A stretch of DNA of 64,000 bases, taken from contig NEEC01000020.1 in the NCBI GenBank assembly GCA_002189035.1, positions 1,915,592 to 1,979,591 of the forward strand, given 5' to 3'. Source of the DNA: Utricularia gibba. Its lineage: Eukaryota > Plantae > Magnoliophyta. The notes beneath the pieces are model-generated. The model was given only the letters and a program-made list of their open reading frames with translations, did not search any database and was not told the DNA's origin. The position numbers and the translations under genes are program-made. Positions 24,121 to 36,959 of this stretch are shown piece after piece (position 1 is the stretch's first letter; the number at the start of each line of letters is the position of its first letter).

Positions 24121-27100
24121 TGATGAGCCCCATGAAGATAATGCAGCATATTTAAAGAACGATGAGAAATTTGATCAACTAAACACATTAGAGATAAAGA
24201 TTATTCTTCTATGACCAATTATAAGAAGTAAGAACAAGATGGTTGAAGCTAAACTCAACGGTCTATTCAACACTATTGGAATCACAATTGGGACTAAAGT
24301 ATTACCATTAAGGAGTTCAACTATTGGAGTATCAATTTAACTTAAAGTCCAAAACATCACCCCATCTTTCATGGGTGTTATTGGATTTGTAGACTTTCAT
24401 TTCTTATTTAGTTTGGGCTTTGAAATGTTGGACCCAATTATAGAGTATAAATACTCTAGAGATGTACTCTTTGAGAACCTTTTAGTTCATTTTGATGTAT
24501 CTTGTGAGGATTTTCCTCTTCTTTGAGTGGTTAAACACTTTTGACTTATCAAGCTTTGAATTTGTAGTAACCTAGAATTATCACTTCCATTTTCTTGTCC
24601 TTCTGAAATATAGCTCCTTAAGTCCTTTTCTTTCAAAGTCTGGTTGCAAGAGATTCGTTCTATTGAGAGTAGACTTAAGTGAGTTCTTTTCTAAGCTTCA
24701 AAATCACTTATTATTTGTGGGTTGCTAATTTTTTTAGATTAGAGAGTCACATCATTTGGTAACAGAGCGTTGAGTTCTTTCTCTTTATTAGAATCCTGTT
24801 CTTGTGTTAGATCATCCATTCCTGCTCATTGAAAAAAAAATGTTCAAGCTACATTCTTCTTAGTACTTTTGTCTTTGGCACAAAAAAAAAAAAAAAAAAC
24901 TTCGGTGGAGGGGAAGTTTATTCTGAAAGACCTCGAAATCCACTTTGAATTGAGTAGGAGGAACATCATCAAGATCAAATTCAAGTGTGAGAAAGAGAAG
25001 GAGGTTGAAGCTGAACACCCATCAATTGTCAATGAATTATTGTCCACTCTTCTACTTCACCCATTACAACAAGTAATATATTTCTTATTCTCTTTTATTT
25101 GAATAACCCATTCCCTGTCATTTACTTGTCCCTATCATCTAATTGGACTTCTGCCTTTGTTTATTGCCCATTCCCTTTTTTCTACAATCTCACAAGTAAC
25201 ATACCTCGGGTTTAGTGCCCTTTCACCTGCTTTTTTTATTCTCATTGGTTTATTGTCCATTGTTTTTGTTTATGTACTGCAACAAGCAACAAACTTACAT
25301 CCATCACACTTCGTGTCTCTATCTTTTGACAATTAACACTGCCACACTCAAATTATGCTGTAATTTGGTGGGATCAATTGGTGAGTAAACGAAGGATTGA
25401 TTATGAGGAACCAATTCATACTTGGGATGAGATGAAAAGAGTCATGAGTGTTGATGAATGAAAGATAGAGTCTTGGGAAGTTACAAAAAGGTAATGCTTA
25501 TGGGATTACCGTTGATGAAAAACAACTCATTAACAATAAGAATGACCGAAAACCTAATTGACACGCATTCCTAGTAGGGTTTATATATACCCAATACCTA
25601 AGTTACCCAATAGTGAGCCACAATCATTGAAACCCCTATCCTTGGGGTTTATCAACTAACTCCCATATTTCATTTTCAAGTATAGAATTCATTTCTTCCT
25701 TCATGGGCTCTCTCCATTTCGGATTTTGTACAACCACTTCAAATGATGTTGGATCTCCTGTCAATAATCCAGCCAAAATATCAGCTACAGCATCTTGGAC
25801 ATCATCATTCAACTTGGAGAAACTTATTGTAGGATCCTTATTTCTTTTGCTTCTTCTAATGTCCGTAACATGACTATCTTCATTATCTATTGAATCTTTG
25901 ATATTTTTGCGTTTCCTCCTTTGCCAATCACGATCAGATGGGTAATAATCTTCATCATCAGTATCAGGTTCCTCTCCATCAGATTCATCTGTTGATGAGT
26001 CTTCTGCATTCGTGCCTTGCTCCTCTTCTGGGATTTTGAAATTACCATCTGAATGCAGATAATTGGTCTGATGAGATTATTCATATAGGGGTTCTGAGTT
26101 TGATTCTGAATTCTCATTGGATGAGTTATCTTGATTTGTGACTTTCTCCTCCTCTGGAGGTGAGAAATTCTCATTTGAAAATGCTGATCATTTAATTGAT
26201 TTGAATCTTCATGTACGAGTCCTAAAGTTTCTGGGTTTGTTGAATTCCTGGAAGAGAAGTTTTGAGGTATGTGTGTCCTGAGGTCTCGTTTCACATGGGT
26301 GCTATGCCTTCCACGACTTTTATGAGCTTCTGCATCATTAAGAGAAATGCAATCATCAATTAAAGTATACCTTGCACCTTTATCAAAAGTGACATCATGC
26401 TATTGCAGAATTCACCTCCATTGTGTGATCTAATCATTTTCAACGAGCATCCACTCTGATTCTCAATCATCACTTTGAATTTTCGAAAGATATGAGGATC
26501 TTCTGACTTGCTTTTAAGAAAGTAAACCCAACAATAACGTGAATAATCATCAATGAATGTAACAAAATATCTAATCCCCCTAATGAACATTCCTTAAATG
26601 GTCCACAAACATCTGTATGCACAAGCTCTAATTTCTCCTTTGCTATTGAATCACTGGAATAAAAGGGATTTCTACACTGTTTACCTTGATGGCACACTTC
26701 ACATATGGTATCGGCAAACTTGATGTCTTTCAATTCCAGTACTTCCTTATTCTTTTGCAATATTTTCAGATTGTTGAAGTTATAGTGCCCAAAACGTTTG
26801 TGCCAAAGGCTACTTTGATCCTGAAGTGAGAGAATACAACTTTTACAATCACTGACCATGATTTCGTAAAGGTTGTAGGTGGTCAACACACCATGAAATT
26901 CAATCTTTGTTTTTGGATCAACAACCTTAACTTTAGTGTTTATACCACCCGCATCCTTCATCAGCTTAATATCAAAACCTTGCCTGCTCAATTGGCCAAA
27001 GCTCAACAGGTTTTGTTTGAGGTTTGGTGAATAATAAACATTATCAACTTGCACAATTCCTTCTTTTAGCAAGAGTAAAATGCTTCCAACAATGAGAAGG

Positions 27101-27300
27101 CGATTTGTTCGAAACCATTACCAAAGAAATGTTTATCAACGGTAGCAGAATCTCAAGCCCGCTCAAGGTCAGTGTAGGAATATTGGAAGGAAATGGAGAT
27201 CTTGATGAATAGAGCCAATGTTCATGAAGATAGGCAAGCAACTATGACTAAGTTACTTCATGGGATGAATAAAGAGATTGCAAATATTGTGGAGCTTCAG
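24121..27300 (+). mobile_element. CRM-type gypsy: 5' LTR 24121-24755, PBS, UTR and a deleted gag, interrupted by a copia derivative
   Basis: LTR TGATG...CACATCA followed by tttggtaacagagc (Met-PBS-like). Gag WWDQL...TWDEMKRVM|RRRFVRNHYQR is split by the insertion at 25449-27091. Confidence 0.85.
25449..27091 (-). mobile_element. Multiply deleted copia derivative (copy C) with intact TSD
   Basis: Starts TGTTG and ends TCCAACA, flanked by ATGAG at 25444-25448 and 27092-27096. The interior is a patchwork of LTR, RT-start, linker and integrase pieces of the same family as copies A and B. Confidence 0.85.
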
Positions 27301-29379
27301 AAGATTGCCCATCCTTCTCTCACTTTCATTGTTATTATCTGTGGCATACATGATCTCATCACATCATAAGGCTGATTTGCTCAATCCATTTTATGATTTA
27401 AACATCTCCTTCGATGCCTTTCAAAGTAGTGGAGCATCAATAAACTAATTACTTTTTTGGGACAAGGTGTTGTGAATACAAAGGGTTCATAATCACGACA
27501 GCTTTTCTAGTACAGGCATTGCCAATCTGGAACCGCCATTGCCATGGCCCATATCCATGGTAAAAAAAAGCCCACATCTTTACTGCAAGTCTGAGTCAAC
27601 ACCAGGACGTAAAGCCCCTTGACACTAATAACCCTTATGAAGACAAGGACAAGAATTTTTGTTGAAATACTACACCATAGCTCCTGTAGTATGCATGAGA
27701 TGCAGCACCCGGTCTAATTACAATGGAAATCATACTATATCTAAAGATTTTACAGCGGTCAAAATGCCCTTTAAAATAAAAGAGAATATCAGGAGAACCA
27801 TTTCAGAATGAGAAGTAATTTCGAGTGATGATCTTTAGACATCACAAGTTCAAGAACTTGATAAGTCATATGTATTCAATCACTTAAAAAAGAGTAAGTG
27901 CTTCACAAGATGCATAAAACAAGCAAAAATCCCCCAAAGAGTACATTTGTATAGTATTTATAATATACAATAGAGCCCTAAAATTATTCAATTCAAACAA
28001 AATAAACGAAAAGACCCATGAAGTTCAATAGCGCACATAAAAAATGAAGACATATTTTAGTCTATAAGGCAGACTTGAAGCCCAACTACTAACTCAATAT
28101 TATTGATTAGAAACTTAAGTGTAACTTAAATTCTTGCTTTTACTTCTTATAATTAGTGCAATGTATGTATATTCACTTCTGCAATATCCCCAATATTCTT
28201 CAAATGCTATTCATCATATTACTGGGATTCATCAGAAAACATGGCTTCGCTCACTCTCATGTTGTATCCTCTATGCCATATCTTCTGAAACAATAACAGT
28301 TCAGGTATTCCCAAGTCTTGTTACCACCAATGTTTACTTGGCAACACAGGTCAATATCACTCAATGTTAAGAATGGCATGTGGATTTTCCTATAACCTGC
28401 ACATGCAACACCTCTGTTGCTTGTTTATAGTACATCCCATACTAGTGTTGTCCTTATCCTTAACTACTATCATCGATGGAGCATGAGTTTTTAGTGGCAT
28501 CTGACTTATCCCTAATCTTTCAGGTATGCAAATGGCTTCAGACATGACCAACCACTACATGTACACTCACTATCTGTGGCACGAGTCTGTATTGGGCACC
28601 CTTGAATGAAAACGAAATCATTTTTTGATTGTTGAATCTTTTGACCTTTGTTTACTAGAACAACTTGAAAATATGAGAGGCTCGAATGGTGTACTAACTG
28701 CCTTGCTTGTCCATTATCTTCCTACACTTGGAAAAAATTTTTTGCAGCTCCCAAGCCATTGATAGCGTGAAGTTGCTCGTGCAAATCGTGGTGAAAGATT
28801 CAACAGACGTGGAATGGCTATTTCACCAATAAATGATGGAACTAACGTATATCATACATAAATAATCATTGACAGGGTTTATCAAATCATAGTCAATATA
28901 TAATCGAAAGAAGCTGAGAATACAACCAAGAATATTGTGCACGTTAGAAGAGAGATTCACGCACCCAGGGATTAGGGGTATGTTATCAAGGGCTAAGCCA
29001 AGTTCCTACTTTAAATGATCATGGTCTGGATAAATTGGCACTAGGGAAAGGAACAACACCAGCATGGGGTTTGTTAAAAACAACCAATAGTAGACTTGCA
29101 AGTGTTGCATAAAAGAATACCCACATAGTATTCTTACAATAAGGGTGATGCTGACTCAAATTACTCCATATATACTAGTAAAGAAATTATTTTAGTAAAC
29201 AGAAGGGGCTAATTTCAGGGAAGGGGAAGAGGAGGAATCAACAGAAGAACAAGGGATTCTGTGAGATTTAGTTGTAAGAAGGATTTACTTCTCTGAAGAA
29301 TGAGACAACTGGGATAAATGCTATTGTCAATTATCAGAAACATATTTTTTCATGTTTCTGTGAAACAATATTTGATTAT

Positions 29380-30220
29380 GTGCTTATGTGATTAATTGTT
29401 GTTTTAGTTGAAAATACATCATTCTCTTGTGTTCTTTATTGCTCTCAAGTGGCGAACAGGGCATGTTCCTTTGAATCATTCTTTTTTTTTGTTGTTTGGT
29501 TTTGGAAAACCCTTTTAGAGTCCTTAAAACGCTTTGAGGGTTCTTTAACAAGTTCGCTTGAGGTTTTGGAGCCCCTTTTGATTTTTTTGCAAATGCGTTT
29601 TACCCTTTTGAAGTGTAAGGAACATTCATGGTTCCTTCTTTTATGTGCTATGTGAACATATCTTTGAGATTGGTGAGGGGTGGGGATCCACACTCCTAGC
29701 ACCACTAATGAACTTGGATAATACATGATCAACCTTTTAGGACTTGGATGTGATGCCAAAGTCAAAGATTCAAGGAATTTGAGCAAAGATAGACTATGAG
29801 ACTCACAATGTGGTTATGTGCTTGTTCTTGGGATCTTATGCTCAATAACTCTTGTTTTTCTTCATTCATGTTTATGTTTTACGAAATTACTGTTGCATCA
29901 TCCCTCTGTGTTTTAAACTTGTTCCAGGTGTAGAAGGGTGAAGGTCTAGTGAGCAACCAAATTAGGAGTATGACAATCTAGGTCATGCAAGGTCTTGAAG
30001 TAGATGTGGGAATTTTAGCTATGATATGACTTATGTGCTGTGTAGGCTAGAGGAAGCTTCTACGCATGTTGTTATGGCTAGGAGTCCATGTATATGTAAT
30101 TGACCTAATGTTATCTTCGTATGTTATATAAGAGTTAGGTTGCCTTTGCTTCTAATGTTGTTTAGTGTTTGATAATCATGTCTCATGGCTCCAGCACGTG
30201 AGCATGGGTTATGTGAAATC
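29380..30220. mobile_element. Degenerate gypsy (Athila-like) LTR/3' region; mirrored at about 60140-60980, with a related older copy at about 49600-50170
   Basis: Shared blocks ccacactcctagca and gcaaagatagac..tgagactcac between 29690-29810 and 49740-50010. The family assignment is by resemblance only. Confidence 0.45.
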
Positions 30221-30430
30221 AAATAACAAAATTGTTAATTTTCTAATAGAGGAAAAATGATATTAAACACCTACTTTAGTTGACCATGTGATTATCTTAT
30301 TTATTTCTAAATGAGAAATGAATTAAATATAAACCCACACTGCGGATGTGGTTTTTTCATTCTGTCGTGTTATTACACATTTATTACTGAACATAATAAT
30401 GAATAATATATACCAGAAAACCTGATTACA

Positions 30431-30998
30431 TGATGAGATCATAGATGCTATAGATTATCCCAATGAAGATAAAGGACACAAGATCAATAATCCTCCATTG
30501 ATTTCAATTGGGCCAATCACTAGATCTTGAGTAAGAAGGAATCAAGAAGTGCTTAAGAGCTTATGGGCCAATCAACCAAGCTATGAGATGTTGGACATGG
30601 AATTCAACATTCTCAAAGTGCATCAACTTGATGAGAGAAGGCCCATTACTACCAAATACATTATTATTACTACTTTTCCTGTAATAAGGCCCAATCCTTC
30701 ATCTATTTAATAAGATCTTACTCATGTTTTGTACAACTTTTATTGTAATCACTTTTGAGAGCTATTCTCCTTCCTTGAGTTCTTGTAGAACTTAGACTTA
30801 TCAAGCCTTGCTTGTGGTGTCTAGTGCGTGGTTTATCACTCCCAATTACTTCTTTGATTCTGTGAGTGTGGTACCATTTCATAGTTTGGGTTGCAAGGAT
30901 CTTTCAATCCTTGAGGGCCAACTTCTTTTTCTTGAGGGATTGCTTCTTTCAACCAAGATCTGGTTTGCCAATCACTTGTTGATTGGAGGGTCGTATCA
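30431..30998 (+). mobile_element. CRM solo LTR with perfect TSD; mirrored at 59359-59926
   Basis: TGATG...TATCA termini flanked by TTACA on both sides. Confidence 0.92.
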
Positions 30999-31359
30999 TT
31001 ACATCTCTGCGAAGTAGGTTTTGATTTGGCAGGCGATTGCATAAACTGAGATAGCAAACATGTATGATATACAATCATCAACATCAGCCTTCCAGTTAGA
31101 ATAAGCAAGCATCTGTGTCGCGACTCCATTCATCGACCAATTAGAATAAAAGTACTTGTGAGATGTGAATATTCCTTGAGAAAATTGCTAACACCTGAAT
31201 GCCTAAATATTAAGACAAAGTGCATAGTTCATTCATTTCAATCTGAGTCAGAAGCTGAGACTAGAATTCGTCATAAGCTGCATTTTCCTTTCCGCGGAAA
31301 CATATAGACTTCATTTGTAAAGTATGATTTGATATTCCTGACAATATCGATTTGATCAG

Positions 31360-31530
31360 AACAAGCAAACCATGCTCGAAGGGCTTGTTTCAACCCTTAC
31401 AAGGCTTTCATCAACAATGAAAGCTTTGTTGAATATTCAATTCTATCGAAACAAGAAGGATGAGTAATGTAGATAGCATCCTCAGGATTACCGTTGAAGA
31501 AGGCTTGCTTAACATGGAAATGATACCGAA
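31360..31530 (-). mobile_element. Old copia RT fragment; mirrored at about 58830-59000 (+)
   Basis: HVKQAFFNGNPEDAIYITHP...KAL*GLKQALRAWF. Confidence 0.7.
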
Positions 31531-32765
31531 AGCACAGAAAGATACCATAGATGGTCAGAAGAGTCTGAGATAAGTTAACTGCTGCAAAAGGTGTCTAGAT
31601 AATCATACCTTTAACTTGATCATATTCCTTTTCACAACCAATCTGGCATTCCGTTCGTCAAGCCACTCTTCTGAGTTTAATTTAGTTCGGATAACTCATT
31701 TTAGGCGAATGATTCTTCTGTCGATGGATGCATTAACAACCTCCCATCTGCATTTATTTATCGTCACAAGTTCCTTCTCCTTTGCGGCCTTCCAAAAACT
31801 TGAAGAGAATACTTCAGACACAAACTCAGGATCTGCATATTAGTAGTTTAACAGAATGGTTTAAACGGATGTCCAACATCTGTACACAGAACACTACTCT
31901 TCCGTGCATGAAGAAGAGAAAAACCACTTCTCTTATTTTGAATTTACATTAATTATTTAGCTGCTTGACCATTTAGTTGACATTTTATCTTGTTGATTGG
32001 CTGGTTAATGAATGTAAATCATATGCATCATAATTTTGCAATCAAAACTCAATTATGGCGAAAAAGTCTTACTAAATACATTTTTATAATTTTCTGTTAA
32101 TTTATTTGGTAATACTTCCATAATTTGGCATGACTAAATTTGGGAAATATTTGCATGATTTGCTATGACTATTATGGTAACAAACCGCAGCTCGGACTTC
32201 CTCGTGTCCTTTTTCTTCCTATTTTTATATTTTCTCTTACTCGCTAACGGAAGAAAGTGACTTATTAATGCTCCCGTTTTCTTCCTGCTTTATTTCTTGG
32301 GTTTCTGTCATTCGGCTGAGAGGGAAACTGTTGGTTTATTCCATGTTCTGAGCTTGGGCGTTGAATAATGAATAAGATGGGGCGATTGAAGAGCACTGCT
32401 GCTTGGCGTACATGGGACTTACATCCTGTAAGTGTCATGCTGATTTCGTAAAGTTTATTTATTTAAGTTTCTGAGCAATCATGGGTTTTCCATTGCCTGG
32501 TATCACCGAGGATGATGGTAACAATCACTAGTCGTAAGTTGGCAAACTCATTCGGTGGTAAAGACAACCTAGGGGTATTAGGAAAAAAATATTCACAATA
32601 CTTATGATAAAATGACATTTCGTCTCGTGAATAGGATATGCTCAAATTGTGTCGTTACAAGGTAGATTTCCTCTCTGTTCACCTTTCAAACTCCCGGGAA
32701 ATCAGCTGATAAATGCTTCTTTTTCATATGCTACGGAAAGTCATATATGTGAATAACACCATATC

Positions 32766-35207
32766 ATGCAGGTAGCTGCAACACGTGTTCCATATAGAAG
32801 AAGTCTTTTCTCCAAGCTGCTGGGCAGCATCGAATTGGAACTCGCACTGGTAGGATTGGGCGCAGGCCTCATGGTGCTACTGCTATGCGCAATCCTCATT
32901 TTGAAAGTTAGAGCTGCAAAAAAGGAGAAGCATTTGCGCAATGCTCTGATAAGGCAAATGGAAGCTACTCAACAATCCGAAAAGAAGAGCATGAGCAAGA
33001 GCCTTGTCTTTGCTAGAGCAAGCCATGACATGCATGCCGCCTTGGCTGCGTTGAGTGGTATAACAGAACTCTGTCGTCATCAGTTGTACCAGAGTACTTA
33101 TTCCAGGTCAGATACAGACGCGAACCTCAAGTTAATGGAAGCTTGCATAAGTGATCTTTCAGGTTATTTATTCGTCTTCTATCCGTGGTCGATCGCTTTA
33201 TATCAACTCACATTTTCACTTTCAGTGATTGTTGCTCTAAACGCAGGAATTCTGAAATCTGTTCTTGATAGCAGTAGGATCGAGGCTGGGAAAATGCAGC
33301 TAGTGGAGGAGAGATTTTCCTTGGAAGAGCTACTAGAAGACGTTGTTGATTTTTATCACCCCATGGGCATCAAGAAAGGAATTGATGTGATTCTAGATCC
33401 TGGTGATGGTTCTCTTATCAGGCTTTCTCACGTCAAAGGAGATAGACGCAAACTAAAGCAAATCCTAGGCAACTTACTGAGCAACGCTGTTAAATTTACG
33501 TCAGAGGGGCATGTCATTGTTAGAGGATGGGCTAGAAAACCAAGCGCGGACTTTTTGATAAATGCGACAGGTGAACGACAATCATCAAGAAATGAGTCAA
33601 CAGTGGTTCGCAGAAATCCGAATTTGCTGGAGTATTGGTTTGAAGTGAGCGACACAGGTACCGGAATACCCAAGGGGAGAAGACAAATGGTGTTTGAAAA
33701 TTATGTGCAAGTCGAGGGGTCAGCACCCGACCAAGAAGGCACTGGTCTTGGGCTGGGTATCGTGCAGTCCCTGGTATGTTGCATTTAAAACGCTCATTCA
33801 GTTTAGCCACATTGATCCATACCAGGAATTTCTAGTGATGAAAAGGGTCACTAACTCTGTCGCATTTGAATTCAGGTTCGTTTAATGGGAGGAGAAATTG
33901 AGATAGTTGAAAACGAAGGCCAAGGAATTGGTACCTGCATTAGATTTAACGTACTCATGGAGGCAGAAGCATCACACTGCCCAATTGCAACGTTAGACAG
34001 AGGATATAGCTCTTCCCATTTCTGCAGCTGGAGAAGTCTCATTCAAAACTATTACAGCAAAGTAGAAAGATCTGGAGTAATAATCTTCATCCACAACCAA
34101 AAAAGGTGCACGGTCCTGCAAGACTTCATGAGGAGACTCGAAATAAACGTGCAAGTTGCCATAAACTGTAACCACCTCATTGAAATACTGAGAAATATCA
34201 AGCAAGGGATTTCACAATCTAGTATTGGCAGCTCAAGCAACTCAAGGAGAGATGGGATTGCTACCTCATGGCGCAAGTTAGAAGAAACTCCCTTGGCTGC
34301 TGTTGACTGGGCACACACAGATTCTGTTCCTTGGAGGAAGATGAAATTCATTCTGGTTGTCATTGATATACGCGTAGGAGAATTCCATGACATCGACATC
34401 ACCCTAGGTAATTTCAGAAGAGACTTACCTGAATATTGCTGCAGCAGAGTCATCTGGTGTGACATACCAGACATCACTGACAATGACACCCCCTGCATCG
34501 ATGTTAGTAAACTGCCTTCATCTGATTTGGTCATACGCAAACCTCTTCATGGATCCCGATTGTATCAAACAATTGGCCTTTTGCCTGAATTTGGTGGGAT
34601 TCCAACAACAAGGGGTGAAAGTTTGCATGCTGACATATCCTCTCAAACCATATGCATTAAAGAAGTTGGTACACAAGAAGTCGAGGATTCTAATGACATG
34701 AACCCACTGAAGGGGAAGAGAATCCTTGTTGTTGATGACAATGCCGTTGGGAGAATGTTAGCCAAATCAACTGTTGAAACGCTTGGTGGCAGCATAGTCG
34801 TATGTGAAAGTGGGGAAAAGGCTTGCGAACTTGTTTCCATATTGCTCAAAGATGGAAGATGGGATTCTTCGGTCCCTTTCAGCTGTATCCTAATGGACTG
34901 TGAGGTAGGTATATAAAGCACGAAACTATCACTTTTTTTCAAATATTTTCCCTAATGTGCTGACACATCGATGATGATTCAATATCATGAAATGCAGATG
35001 GAAGGAATGGATGGGATTGAAACAACGAAGAAGATAAGAGAATTAGAAGACACCCATGGTGCTCATACACCAATTTGGGCATTGACTGCACATCATCCGG
35101 GGGATGAGATAAACAAAATGATTCAGGCTGGAGCAGATGGGTATATCACCAAACCATTGACAAAGGAAACGCTTCTATCATGCTACCTGAAAAAAAGAAA
35201 CAAGTAA
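32766..35207 (+). CDS. CKI1: CKI1-like hybrid histidine kinase, copy 1 (about 720 aa; single TM + HisKA + HATPase + receiver; no ectodomain seen)
   Basis: Exons 32766-33162, 33247-33773, 33876-34904 and 34998-35207 with GT-AG introns give 2163 nt without a stop. CKI1-diagnostic LIRQMEATQQSEKKSMSKS..FARASHD (His codon 33024-33026); N box NLLSNAVKFT; G1 DTGTGIP; F box VFENYVQV; G2 GTGLGLGIVQSL; KPLHGSRL..LPEFGG; receiver VVDDN, MDCEM (Asp 34896-34898), ALTAH, TKP. The exact start is uncertain. Confidence 0.9.
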
Positions 35208-35419
35208 AATAGGATTGCGTTTTACTGACTAACGTCCCGTGCCATTGAATTTTTTGTTTTGTTACTACATTCATAATCTTGAGGGCTCTAGTGATATCAT
35301 ATTTTGCTACTCTTATTGGCGGAGAATGGCGTTACTTCGACACAGGAAATATCATATATACGTACTTTAGTATCTTTCTAGACATTCCACGTAAATCATA
35401 CTACTTTTTGTAAGGGAAA

Positions 35420-36795
35420 TCCAGCAAGTTTGTGCTAAAGTAAGAAAGGATCCATGAAGCTAGGAAACAAGACATGGGATTGAAGTGGGTGGTCCCACAC
35501 ACGTAATATGAAGTGCTTCAAATGTCTTGGACATGTGCTTCAAGAAGAAGACTATGATTTTAAAAGATTCTGAAGATATTGAATTACCGATTTAGAGCGT
35601 AAGTGCACATGAAGTAAAGAAGACAGATGATGATGTGAACAGAAACCTATCGAAAGCAAATATTTGGTGGCTAGATAGACTATGGTCATGGATATTTAGC
35701 CGATGGAGGAACAAGAGAACGCATTACATGCATGACACTTATCTAATGCTAAGGTTTGCAGCCTCATAATCGATGGAGGTAAATGCACGAATAATGCTAG
35801 TTCTCTCATGGTGGAGAAATCCAACGTCCTATTCTAATGCATCCACATCTATATCAGTTGTAATAGTTGAACGCAAAGAGTGAAGTAAGGTTACTAAACA
35901 AGTTCTTATTACAATCTTCATTGTGAAAATACACGATGAGTTTCTTTATGATGTGGTACCCATGCACGCAGGATAAATTCTATTAGATGTCCTTTGCACT
36001 GTAATAGGAGGATGGCACCTGATAAATATGCCAACAAATACTTCTTCTCCATCAAAGGTAAACGAATCATCCTGGTGCCTTAATCTTCTAGTGGGGCACA
36101 TGAATATCAATGGAAGATTAATGCTGCTATGAAATCTTTAATTGAGTTGAAAGATGAGAGTATAAGAGAAATGAAAGAGAAAATCGAGAGAAAAGGACAT
36201 CAATAAAAGAGAGTGAAAAGAAGGAGGTGTGATGAGATCATGGATGCTACAGATTATTCCAATGAAGATAAAACACACAAGTTCTATAATTCTCCATTGA
36301 TTTCAATTAGGCCAATCACTAGATTAAGAGCAAGAAAGAATCAAGAGATGTTTAAGGGCCTATGGGCCAATCAACAAAGCTATGAGGTGTTCAGAGAATT
36401 CAACCTTCTCAAAGTGAATCAACTTGATTACAGAAGGTCCATTACTCCCAAATATATTATTATTACTACTTTTCTTCTAAGAAGGCCCAATCATTTATCT
36501 ATATAAGAAGGAATTTACTCTTGTTTTAGACAACTTTGATTGTAATCTTTTTTGAGAGCAATGCTTCTTCTTTGAGTTCTTGTACAACATAGACTTATCA
36601 AACCTTGCTTGTGGTGTGTAGTGTGTGGTTTATCACTCCAAATTCTTTAATTGATTCTGTGAATGTGGTTGCATTTCATAGTTTAGGTTGCAAGGATCTT
36701 TAAATCCTTGAGAGCCAACTTCTTTTCTTTGAGAGATTGCTTCTTTTCAACCAATATCTGGTTTGCCAATTACTTCTTGATTGAAGGCCGTATCA
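35420..36795 (+). mobile_element. Deleted CRM element: zinc knuckle/protease relic plus 3' LTR 36230-36795; mirrored at about 53563-54940
   Basis: CFKCLGH, VCSLIIDGG; purine-rich tract preceding TGATG...TATCA. Confidence 0.75.
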
Positions 36796-36959
36796 AGATG
36801 AATAAGGAAATAGTGAGAAAAAAAGAAATATAATGTCTCATTGTAAGGATGAGTAATGTGAAACATATATTGCACTTGTATAACAATAAGAAACATAGGG
36901 GCAGAAATCCATTTCTCTTGCCCTTATTGAAAGAGCCTGTGTTACATACTCTAACTCAC

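Noticed and set aside
27310-29380. Possible additional gene or LINE/MULE relic in the arm
   Set aside because: Only short, stop-interrupted frames with no convincing motif. Left unannotated; TBLASTX would decide.
32883-34942. Antisense ORFs over the kinase (for example the 162-aa ORF at 34052-34540) as separate genes
   Set aside because: Shadow ORFs of a coding region with no recognisable motifs.
32766-35207. Cytokinin receptor (AHK2/3/4), AHK1 or ethylene receptor identity
   Set aside because: No CHASE or GAF domain. The QMEATQQ.E.KSM.KS..FA.ASHD and PLHGSRL...LPEFGG motifs match CKI1.
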